From IMG/VR virus record IMGVR_UViG_3300030330_002762: DNA of 64,000 bases. One strand, given 5' to 3'. Shown one piece after another: positions 56,320-64,000 of the stretch. Below the pieces are notes generated by a model. It was not told where the DNA came from and did no database searches. It worked only from the letters and a program-made list of their open reading frames with translations. The position numbers and the translations under genes are program-made. Origin of the DNA: an uncultured virus (IMG/VR IMGVR_UViG_3300030330_002762) (lineage: Duplodnaviria; Heunggongvirae; Uroviricota; Caudoviricetes). Numbering within the stretch: the first letter of the stretch is position 1; each line of letters begins with the position of its first letter.

Positions 56320-56988
56320 ATGCCCACGATAAACGCAAATAGACAAGGAACAGCGACTGGTACTGTTAGTTCTAATTTTAATACAGCTAGAACTAGCAAT
56401 GCAGCCTCTGTAACAGATGGAGACACAGGAGTGTTTACTGTTCAGTATTTTTCTTCTTCAGGTAGAGGTGGTGGAACTAAGCGTTTTAAAAGAATGTTTT
56501 TACACTTTGATACAAGTAGTATAACACAAACATTATCATCTGCTCACATTGATATAGATGGTCATATTTCTAGCCCAGACCCTAATGATACTATAATGTT
56601 GAAAAGCACAGCGTTTGGAGGTGATGGTGGTACTGCGCTGGCAACGACAGATTTTTTTAGCTCAATAGATTATGGCACAGCGTATTCTAACGAATTAACT
56701 TCATGGTCAAGCAGTAATAACGAATACACATTAACAGCAGCTGCTTTAGCTGATATTAAAAATAATGATAATTTTACATTAGCTATAGTTGAACATGACA
56801 GTGATTTTGCAAATTCAGATCAAGGTGATGGAGCTTATGATATAAACGTAAATCTTGGGGTAACAATAACTTTAGATTACACACTAGCGGCTGGATATGG
56901 CAATGCAGTTAACGGAGTAGCATCAGCGAACATAGGTAAGATAAATGGAGTAGCAACAGCAAGTATAAGTAAAGTAAACGGAATATAA
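56320..56988 (+). CDS. Putative tail/structural protein
   Basis: FDTS, C-terminal VNGV/INGV repeats. Confidence 0.6.
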   Translation: MPTINANRQGTATGTVSSNFNTARTSNAASVTDGDTGVFTVQYFSSSGRGGGTKRFKRMFLHFDTSSITQTLSSAHIDIDGHISSPDPNDTIMLKSTAFGGDGGTALATTDFFSSIDYGTAYSNELTSWSSSNNEYTLTAAALADIKNNDNFTLAIVEHDSDFANSDQGDGAYDINVNLGVTITLDYTLAAGYGNAVNGVASANIGKINGVATASISKVNGI

Positions 56989-56989
56989 A

Positions 56990-57313
56990 ATGGCGCAGTA
57001 TACAAAAATTACATCAGAAACCACGACTACTTTAATTGAAAAAGGAGGTCAAAAAGGAGGTGGTATTAGTAAAATACTAATAGCAAACTATAGTGATAGT
57101 AATGATGTTACTATAGATGTTTTTTTAGAAGACGCAGCGGCTTCCGCATCTACTGACGCTAGCAACAACAAGTATTATTTTGTAAATAAAATGGTACTAC
57201 CAGTTGGCGTTAGCTTGGTTTTAGATGACAGCTTATCTTTTGATGTCAATAAGTATAACTTAAGATTAACAACTGTAGGCACAGCGCCTTTAGTTTCACT
57301 AATAATTAAATAA
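56990..57313 (+). CDS. Putative structural protein
   Basis: Beta-rich 107 aa. Confidence 0.55.
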   Translation: MAQYTKITSETTTTLIEKGGQKGGGISKILIANYSDSNDVTIDVFLEDAAASASTDASNNKYYFVNKMVLPVGVSLVLDDSLSFDVNKYNLRLTTVGTAPLVSLIIK

Positions 57314-57805
57314 ATGAATTTAGAAGTAATTAGATTTTCTAGTGGTACTGATAGTACAAATGGAATATTATTTGAAACCATCGAGCAAGGCAACGATATA
57401 GATGGAAGTTTTAAACAAAGAAAATTTTTAGCATACACGCTAGAAGATGAACAACGAAATGAAAAAGTATATGGCGAAACAAGAATACCAAATGGGACTT
57501 ACGAGCTGGCTCTTAGAAAAGTTGGTGGATATCACGCGAAGTATTCAAAACGTTTTGCTCACATTCACATTGGCATGCTTCACGTTACTAATGTTCCTGG
57601 TTTTGAGTATATTCTTATACATTGTGGCAATACCGATGAGCATACAGCTGGCTGTCTCCTCGTTGGTGACTCGCAAGAAAACAACCAAATCACGAAGGAC
57701 GGTTTTATAGGTAAATCGACTCAAGCATACAAAAGAATATACCCACGCATAGCAGAAGCTATTGATTGTGGAGAAAAAGTAACAATAACATATAAAACAA
57801 TATAA
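57314..57805 (+). CDS. DUF5675-like putative peptidoglycan-acting enzyme (candidate endolysin)
   Basis: YTLED, TRIP.G.Y, ILIH.GN....T.GCLLVG. Confidence 0.7.
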   Translation: MNLEVIRFSSGTDSTNGILFETIEQGNDIDGSFKQRKFLAYTLEDEQRNEKVYGETRIPNGTYELALRKVGGYHAKYSKRFAHIHIGMLHVTNVPGFEYILIHCGNTDEHTAGCLLVGDSQENNQITKDGFIGKSTQAYKRIYPRIAEAIDCGEKVTITYKTI

Positions 57806-57806
57806 A

Positions 57807-58190
57807 ATGTCTAAATTAAATGCACTAATAAAACTACACAGCAATGATAATGTTGCAGCAAATTTAACTGTAAATTTTATAAAAGAAAATATTATTGACG
57901 TTACCGATGCGGCTAAATCAGAAACTAGAAATATAACTACCTCCACGAATAGCATAGCAACATCATCTGAAAATACTAGTGGTTTTTATTTCTATGGACA
58001 AAACAAAAGTACTGCTGTTACCATAAGATTAAATCTTGAAACAGATGGAACTTCTGGCGCAACATACGCGGCTATACCACCGGGGGAGTTTGTATTTTTA
58101 TTTATTCCAGATACAATTGGTATAGAGGTATCAACAGCTAGTAACGCGGCTAAGTTACACTTTAGTTTATTTCAAAAACAATCAAGCTAA
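57807..58190 (+). CDS. Putative structural protein (distant paralog family A)
   Basis: F.Y..N, A.IPPGEFVF. Confidence 0.5.
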   Translation: MSKLNALIKLHSNDNVAANLTVNFIKENIIDVTDAAKSETRNITTSTNSIATSSENTSGFYFYGQNKSTAVTIRLNLETDGTSGATYAAIPPGEFVFLFIPDTIGIEVSTASNAAKLHFSLFQKQSS

Positions 58191-58192
58191 TT

Positions 58193-59245
58193 ATGAAAAA
58201 AATATTATTATTATTAGTGCTTATTAGTACTATTTGCAACGCTCAAATAAAAGATTTTTTTAAATACTCTACGTTTTATACATCAATGACAATGGGTACT
58301 TCTTTTATAGAAACAGAAGATTATATTGCTGTCGATAAAGGCTATGAAAACGTAACAGAAGTTAATCCTTACGACTACAACTTAACGATCGGGTTGAGAA
58401 AAATAGCTCGCATGGATTATGAGTATAAGGTTAAAACGTGGTACTATGGGACTGAAGATGGAGTAAGTGATAACGTGACGATAGGTAATGCTATTGGTTG
58501 GGAGTATTTACTTAACTACTCTTTTATTAGAGAACGTGGTGAAAAGTTTAACAATCAAAACTTTTGGTTGAGATACCTGGGTAATAGTTGTGTTACTAAA
58601 CTACAGTATACCGACAACCAAAGAGTTGATTTAAGATTTGGATCTTTTGATACTAGGTTTAGATTAACAAAAGGTAATTGGGATTTTACAGTAGGTGCAG
58701 TAGCTAGAATACATCCTGTTTATGGTGTAACGCCAATAGACGATTTTTGGGTTCCAGGTGAAAACACGTTTCAAGATCTAGCAGAAGACTTTGGGTACGC
58801 ATCAGAACCTTGGATACAAGGATTTTACATCAACCAAAACTGGTATGATGTTAGTGGTGGAGACTCTCTCCTGATCGCTACCTCCAATGACGAGTTCTTC
58901 CACCACTATTTTGGAGATGCAGTTGCTAGGTTTAATGAGAGAGAATTAGAAAAATTAGGTTTACAAAAAGAACTAAGTGCTGTTGTTGGTTTAGCTTACT
59001 ATAAATACACTCCTAAATTATGGCTTCATGTTTGGGCTAACTGCTTGCCATTACACTACGGGTTAGATGAGTATTCATTTGAATATGGAAAAGAAAAATA
59101 TGACAATATTGAGTGGGATGCTGGTATTGTATTTGGCTCAAGGATTACTAAATCACTTGGGATGTTTATTGAAGGGACTCACATGAAATACTGGGATAAA
59201 CCAGTTTATGAGGTGAAGTTTGGTTTTAACTATTTAATATTTTAA
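58193..59245 (+). CDS. Signal-peptide protein, probable outer-membrane beta-barrel
   Basis: MKKILLLL..CNA-Q signal, alternating aromatic strands, C-terminal KFGFNYLIF. Confidence 0.6.
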   Translation: MKKILLLLVLISTICNAQIKDFFKYSTFYTSMTMGTSFIETEDYIAVDKGYENVTEVNPYDYNLTIGLRKIARMDYEYKVKTWYYGTEDGVSDNVTIGNAIGWEYLLNYSFIRERGEKFNNQNFWLRYLGNSCVTKLQYTDNQRVDLRFGSFDTRFRLTKGNWDFTVGAVARIHPVYGVTPIDDFWVPGENTFQDLAEDFGYASEPWIQGFYINQNWYDVSGGDSLLIATSNDEFFHHYFGDAVARFNERELEKLGLQKELSAVVGLAYYKYTPKLWLHVWANCLPLHYGLDEYSFEYGKEKYDNIEWDAGIVFGSRITKSLGMFIEGTHMKYWDKPVYEVKFGFNYLIF

Positions 59246-59247
59246 TT

Positions 59248-59922
59248 ATGAAGAAATATATTATAATACTATTTGCGTTTATTGGCTCGTTCGCTAACGC
59301 GCAGGAATTAGATTTTCAACAACTATGTTTAGATTGTGTAGCACAAAATGGTTTTTATTGTGGTGATGATCCAGCGAATTGGACACAATACTCTCCGAAT
59401 GGTTGTGTACCAAACGGTGCTAACGGTTTAGAATATTTAAATGACGGGTGGGAAGATTGTGTAGATGGATCAGATGAAAATGGAGCTGTGCCAACACCGG
59501 CAGAAGCTTGTGGTCCAATTGGTCCACCAGAGTGTGATACAGTTTTTGTTGAAGTTATTGAATATGAAACATTATTTGATACAATATACAATACAATATA
59601 TGAAACAATAATTGAATACGATACAATCGTTCAGATTGAATATATACAACAAACTGATACGGTTATTGTGTACGACAATATATCAGATACGTTGTTTATT
59701 GAAATACCAATAGTTGAGTATGATACTATTATAGAAATACAATACGAAGAGATCGTAGAGTATATTGATTGTGATTCAGGATTGCCTTGCAATTCAGGGA
59801 TGCAAGAGGCGATAGATAAATCGCTTCAAAATTCTGTAATATATAATATAAAGGGGCAGGCGATATTAACAAGAGAAGGGTTGTACATTGAAAATGGTAA
59901 AATTTACTATAAAACAAAATAA
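59248..59922 (+). CDS. Secreted protein with LDL-receptor class A-like motif and T9SS-like C-terminus
   Basis: Signal ANA-Q, FYC..GCV..NDGWEDCVDGSDE, DT repeats, IYNIKGQ..GLYIENGK. Confidence 0.6.
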   Translation: MKKYIIILFAFIGSFANAQELDFQQLCLDCVAQNGFYCGDDPANWTQYSPNGCVPNGANGLEYLNDGWEDCVDGSDENGAVPTPAEACGPIGPPECDTVFVEVIEYETLFDTIYNTIYETIIEYDTIVQIEYIQQTDTVIVYDNISDTLFIEIPIVEYDTIIEIQYEEIVEYIDCDSGLPCNSGMQEAIDKSLQNSVIYNIKGQAILTREGLYIENGKIYYKTK

Positions 59923-59924
59923 TT

Positions 59925-60119
59925 ATGGCTTTTAAAATGAACGGGTGGAGCGCATTCACTAAAGAAACTAGAATGGAGGGTCCTAAAAACAAAGACACTA
60001 AAACTAGAGTATTTAAAGATTATCCACGAAAGAGTGGTGGAGGTATAAATCCATCTGGCAGTGGTAGTGAAGAATATATATACACAGATGATCCACGTCA
60101 CCCTAATTATAAAAAATAA
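59925..60119 (+). CDS. Small protein, MAFK N-terminus
   Basis: MAFKMNGWSAF. Confidence 0.6.
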   Translation: MAFKMNGWSAFTKETRMEGPKNKDTKTRVFKDYPRKSGGGINPSGSGSEEYIYTDDPRHPNYKK

Positions 60120-60128
60120 AATACTAGA

Positions 60129-60473
60129 ATGGCTAAAGAACTATCAGAGGACAGTAAGTTTCAAATAAGTGTTAAAACCTTAGTGGCAATTGTTATGGCT
60201 GTTGCTACGGTTATATCAGCTTATTTCGGGTTAATGGCGACAATAAACTCTAAGTTCTCAGAACTTGAAGGTAAAGTTGAACAAGCGCTTGAACTACCTA
60301 AACCTGGAACAGGTATATATACAATTGACATGGGTGATCCAGCTGCTACTAATACATGGCCACCAACTCGTATGGAGTTTAACATGAAAGATCAAATGGC
60401 TCGTAATCAAATTGATGCGTTGGTAAAAGAAGTTGATGAGTTGAAAGACGAAATAAAACTATTAAGAAAATGA
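60129..60473 (+). CDS. Single-TM coiled-coil protein
   Basis: TM LVAIVMAVATVISAYF plus C-terminal coil. Confidence 0.65.
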   Translation: MAKELSEDSKFQISVKTLVAIVMAVATVISAYFGLMATINSKFSELEGKVEQALELPKPGTGIYTIDMGDPAATNTWPPTRMEFNMKDQMARNQIDALVKEVDELKDEIKLLRK

Positions 60474-60877
60474 AAAAAAGAATAGACGTTACAACTTGGG
60501 CTTATATCGCTACTATAGTGATTATATATTTTCTAGGCACAGCAATGGGTTTGACTCAAGAAGTTATTACTGCTAGTAATTTTGATAGTAAAATAGCTAA
60601 AGATATTTCTGTAGTAGAATTTTGGGCAGACTGGAATAAACAAAATCAATTTGCTGAATTAGTTAAATTAAAAGAAACAGAAAAGTATAGAGTTGATATA
60701 ATGAATGATGCCGGTTTACAGGCTGAGTATAATATAACTGCTATACCAACTGTTATTATATTTGACAACGGTGTAGAAAAACAAAGGTTTAATGCTAATA
60801 TCATGTTTCAATTAGAGGCCGATAAAAAAACTATACAAAATTCTATTGACACAATAATACTAAATAAATTTCAATAA
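60470..60877 (+). CDS. Exported thioredoxin-fold protein lacking CxxC
   Basis: N-terminal TM/signal, VVEFWADWN, IPTVIIF.NG. Confidence 0.75.
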   Translation: MKKRIDVTTWAYIATIVIIYFLGTAMGLTQEVITASNFDSKIAKDISVVEFWADWNKQNQFAELVKLKETEKYRVDIMNDAGLQAEYNITAIPTVIIFDNGVEKQRFNANIMFQLEADKKTIQNSIDTIILNKFQ

Positions 60878-60879
60878 CC

Positions 60880-61101
60880 ATGGCGTATGTACAAAAAAAT
60901 AATCCTATAGCTAAAACATCTTGTGGTAGACGTAGAGCTGGTGGTATTGGTAGTGGTTTTAAAAAAATAAAAAGAACAAAAATTAGCGCGCCTTGTAAAG
61001 CTGCTGCTAAGCGTAAGTTTAAAGTGTGGCCAAGTGCTTATGCCTCCGGTTGGGGCGTTAGGTGTACTCGTAATCCTCGTAAGTATTTAAAAAGAAAGTA
61101 A
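60880..61101 (+). CDS. Small basic protein
   Basis: MAYVQKNNP start; AKRKFKVWPSAYASG. Confidence 0.65.
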   Translation: MAYVQKNNPIAKTSCGRRRAGGIGSGFKKIKRTKISAPCKAAAKRKFKVWPSAYASGWGVRCTRNPRKYLKRK

Positions 61102-61385
61102 TGGCTATATTTAGAGCAACACCTAATAAAAAAAAGAAAACATCTAAGTCAATTACTTGGCACGACTCAGATGCACCTGATGCTAAAGGTAAGTTTAAAG
61201 AACTATCACCATCAGCGCTAGCATCGTGGCTTATTAAAACTAGAAGAGGTAATTTATCTAAAATAATAAGTAGCTTAAACCAACAGTATGTTTTTAATAG
61301 ACAAAAGAAACCAAGCTATGCTCGTAAGATGAAGACAGTTATGAATATAGTTAGAAAACGTTTAGGTAAAAAGAAAGATGGCTAA
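61101..61385 (+). CDS. Small basic protein
   Basis: Coupled Lys-rich ORF. Confidence 0.65.
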   Translation: MAIFRATPNKKKKTSKSITWHDSDAPDAKGKFKELSPSALASWLIKTRRGNLSKIISSLNQQYVFNRQKKPSYARKMKTVMNIVRKRLGKKKDG

Positions 61386-61836
61386 GGCTTATAGAGGTGT
61401 TTTAAAAGCTAGAATAAATAAAATATACGGAGGCGATGTTACTATCGATAAGTGTAAGAAATTAAAAGCTAGACCTGATGCTACACCAAGAGACAAACAA
61501 TTATGTAACTGGTTTATTAATATGCAAACAAACAGACCTTCACCAAATAAAAAACGTAAAGACCCTGTAGTTGGTACGGGTAAAAAACCTAAAGGTAGTG
61601 GTAGAAGATTATATACTGATGAAAATCCTAAAGATACTGTTAGTATTAAGTTTGCTACAGTAGCTGACGCTAGAAGAACTATAGCTAAGGTTATTAAAAT
61701 AAATAAGCCGTATGCTAGAAAAATACAGATACTAACTGTATTAGAACAAAGAGCTGAGGTTATGGGTAAGATGGAGCAGGCAAGACTTGCTAGAGCGGCA
61801 AAGAAAAAACTAAAAGCACAAAGAAAAAATGTTTAA
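61378..61836 (+). CDS. Basic two-domain hypothetical protein
   Basis: WFINM; RLYTDENPKDTV. Confidence 0.65.
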   Translation: MAKAYRGVLKARINKIYGGDVTIDKCKKLKARPDATPRDKQLCNWFINMQTNRPSPNKKRKDPVVGTGKKPKGSGRRLYTDENPKDTVSIKFATVADARRTIAKVIKINKPYARKIQILTVLEQRAEVMGKMEQARLARAAKKKLKAQRKNV

Positions 61837-62371
61837 AAATTTTAACATAGATAGATTTAAAAATATAAAACCACCTGCTAATGATTCTTTTACTACTATG
61901 AAAGAAATTAAGCAGTTAAATACTATACCTATGAATATTTCTAATGTTAAGAAGTTTGATAACATAGAAAAAACTTTTGCAAATGTTGCTACTAAAAACA
62001 ATATAACAAATTATCCTAAAGAATTAGTATCTAATTTAATTAAAAAATCTGCACCAATAATAATAAAATTAAAAAAACATTTTAACAGACCTAGACCTAA
62101 AGTTTTAGCAAAGAGATTAGGCATGAACTTTAAAGACTACGAAATGAGTTCTATGAAAACAGCTTCATATCCTAGCGGCCACTCAACTCAAGGCATTTTA
62201 ATAGCAAAAATATTGGCAGATAAATTTCCTAATGCTTCAAAAGACTTTATTAAAGCTGGTAATAATATATCTGATAGTAGAAATGTAGCTAAAGCTCATT
62301 ATAAATCAGATAGTAATATGGGTAAAAGGCTAGGTAATGCAATGTATGAACATATAAAAAATAAAGTATAA
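61829..62371 (+). CDS. PAP2/haloperoxidase-superfamily phosphatase
   Basis: K..FNRPRP, SYPSGH, SR.....HY.SD. Confidence 0.85.
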   Translation: MFKNFNIDRFKNIKPPANDSFTTMKEIKQLNTIPMNISNVKKFDNIEKTFANVATKNNITNYPKELVSNLIKKSAPIIIKLKKHFNRPRPKVLAKRLGMNFKDYEMSSMKTASYPSGHSTQGILIAKILADKFPNASKDFIKAGNNISDSRNVAKAHYKSDSNMGKRLGNAMYEHIKNKV

Positions 62372-62649
62372 TGGCTTTTAAACAACTTAACAATCCTTTT
62401 AAAAAACAAAAAGGTGGGGGAACTAGAAAAGTTTGTTTACCCGCAGCTAAGGTTCGTAGTATGAGCCCTGAAGAAAGACAAAAAGTTATAGCCGCAAAAC
62501 AAACAGCAGGTAAAAAAGGTAAGTATAAAAGATCTAGTAAGAGTTTTATTAAAAACGTTCGTAAAAAAGGTGCTACACTAAGAGACTGGTTTAAAAAAGA
62601 AAACTGGGTACAAGTAGGCAACCCAAGTAAAAAATGTGGAGAAAAATAA
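62371..62649 (+). CDS. Small basic protein, MAFK N-terminus
   Basis: MAFKQLNNPF; CLP.AK; WF..E.W. Confidence 0.65.
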   Translation: MAFKQLNNPFKKQKGGGTRKVCLPAAKVRSMSPEERQKVIAAKQTAGKKGKYKRSSKSFIKNVRKKGATLRDWFKKENWVQVGNPSKKCGEK

Positions 62650-62655
62650 TTAATT

Positions 62656-62982
62656 ATGGCTTTTAAAATGAAAGGGTTCTCACCCTTCGATAAAATAGAT
62701 AAATCTAAAATGGCTTGCAACAAGCCTAAGCGATCTCCTAAACCTCAAAAAAAGAAAGTTGTTAAAGCTTGCGAAGGAGGTAAAGAGAAAATTATACACT
62801 ATGGTCATACTAGTTATGGGCATAACTATTCTGCTGCTGCTAGAAAAAGCTTTAGAGCTAGACATAAGTGTGATCAAAAGAAAAGTAAATTAACAGCTAG
62901 CTATTGGGCATGTAAAGATTTGTGGGCGGGTAAAGGTGGTTCAACAAAGGCTAATCCTAAAGGTGTTCGAGGTAAGTTTTAA
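62656..62982 (+). CDS. Small basic protein, MAFK N-terminus
   Basis: MAFKMKGFSPF; RKSFRARH.C..A.YWAC. Confidence 0.7.
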   Translation: MAFKMKGFSPFDKIDKSKMACNKPKRSPKPQKKKVVKACEGGKEKIIHYGHTSYGHNYSAAARKSFRARHKCDQKKSKLTASYWACKDLWAGKGGSTKANPKGVRGKF

Positions 62983-63051
62983 TACTATGTGTCCTTGTCC
63001 AATATGTACAACCGCTGCAATAGTTGGTTTAGTAATTTTTAAAATAGCAAT

Positions 63052-63086
63052 AAAAAAAGGGAGCCGTTAAGCTCCCTTTATTATTT
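63052..63086. terminator. Bidirectional intrinsic terminator at convergence of the two arms
   Basis: A-run, AAAGGGAGC-CGTTAA-GCTCCCTTT, T-rich. Confidence 0.8.
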
Positions 63087-63264
63087 AAGAATTTTTCATT
63101 GCTTGAACCTCTTGTCTAACATTTTGTGCAACAGCCTTTATAGTCTGCATGTGTTTTCTAACTCTAGTTCCCGCGGATTTGTTTCCACTATTAAACTTCA
63201 TAGCTTCAGTTTCTGCGTTATACATTTCTTCTTTCATTGTGCCTATTAATTGTTCTAAACTCAT
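63085..63264 (-). CDS. Histone H1-like (Hc1-type, Bacteroidota) protein, 59 aa
   Basis: Hand translation ..KFNSGNKSAGTRVRKHMQTIK..AQNVRQEVQ. Confidence 0.75.
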   Translation of the reverse strand: MSLEQLIGTMKEEMYNAETEAMKFNSGNKSAGTRVRKHMQTIKAVAQNVRQEVQAMKNS

Positions 63265-63281
63265 ATTATAAAATTTTAAAA

Positions 63282-64000
63282 TTAAACTATTTCACAGGCT
63301 CCACCAGCGCAAGCTAACTCGCCTGATAAATCTGTGTTATCTTCAGCTTCAATAACTTTCGTTAAATCCACATTAGATAATACTTTAGACATTTTATTGT
63401 ATTTAGCTTCGTCAATGTCCTCAAACGGAGCCTGTGTGTATGTACCACCATCATATGGTAATACAGATAACCCATTGTAATATTCTCTATTCTCCCACAT
63501 CCATTCACCTGCTTTTTTCCATTCATTCTCTTTTAAAGATATAGTTGCTGACACGTTGTGCGTGTTACTACCTCGCCTGTGACCAGGTCGTATCCACTCT
63601 TGTGCAACACGCTTAACTCTCTCAAGAGTATCAAATGGAGATTCAGTTCTAAGTATTGAACCATCAGGTGCTTTTTGTGGTATGGAAATAACAGCGGTAT
63701 CATGAGGTCTGAAGTATTCATCTTCAATCAATTCCTTATGGTTATTTAATAAATACCCATATATAGCCTCATTCTTCCCCACGCGCATTCTACGGACATA
63801 ATAATCATTATGCCAAGCATGAATACCCGAAGACGTTCCGAGGACCAGAGATGTTGTCCCTGCAGGTTTTACAGTTGTACATCTAGCTGATGAATTAATC
63901 CCTATTAGTTTCGCTACTCGTGCGTTTTCCTTTGTCACGATATTTGCAGCGGCCTTCATATCCATTTGGAGCACAGCGGCACTCCCGATTCCTGTCATTG
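63282..64000 (-). CDS. nrdJ: Class II ribonucleotide reductase, C-terminal part (runs off window end)
   Basis: TTVKPAGTTS, HNVSATI, YTQAPFE, C-terminal ACAGGACEI. Confidence 0.92.
   Translation of the reverse strand, partial: MTGIGSAAVLQMDMKAAANIVTKENARVAKLIGINSSARCTTVKPAGTTSLVLGTSSGIHAWHNDYYVRRMRVGKNEAIYGYLLNNHKELIEDEYFRPHDTAVISIPQKAPDGSILRTESPFDTLERVKRVAQEWIRPGHRRGSNTHNVSATISLKENEWKKAGEWMWENREYYNGLSVLPYDGGTYTQAPFEDIDEAKYNKMSKVLSNVDLTKVIEAEDNTDLSGELACAGGACEIV

Noticed and set aside
62987..63070. 27-aa ORF MCPCPICTTAAIVGLVIFK..
   Set aside because: Very short and runs into the terminator; cannot be supported without homologs
1..64000. Stop-codon reassignment as in some crAss-like phages
   Set aside because: Long genes are intact and densely packed under the standard code

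Overview
The window is a near-complete, AT-rich tailed phage genome of about 64 kb. It has podovirus-like, crAss/Flavobacteria-phage-like gene order. The host is probably Bacteroidota: starts lack Shine-Dalgarno sites and are A-rich, and the phage carries an Hc1-like protein and a T9SS-like sorting tail. Both window ends lie inside one class II ribonucleotide reductase gene, so the molecule is probably circular or permuted with only a short gap. The left arm (minus strand, 1-14.2 kb) holds nucleotide metabolism, primase-helicase, recombination genes, a sigma70 factor, a ligase and a dense early region with small ORFs, tRNA-Arg and two tRNA-like structured RNAs. The right arm (plus strand, 14.4-63 kb) holds GroEL/GroES, packaging, capsid, tail, internal virion proteins, lysis/envelope genes and small basic proteins. 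The main candidate new system is an inferred two-step sigma cascade. A 2595-aa internal virion protein contains a zincin HExxH domain, K[F/E]S-delimited modules, a sigma70 region-2-like module and a HAD module. Seven identically spaced early promoter-like motifs lead to a free-standing sigma gene, and a second motif class marks middle and late units. Other highlights are anticodon-less tRNA-like ncRNAs next to an ArfA-like peptide, a dCMP-type thymidylate synthase homolog, a G-quadruplex-like tract at the strand switch and a duplicated palindromic operator. All protein calls come from motif recognition by eye, not database searches.
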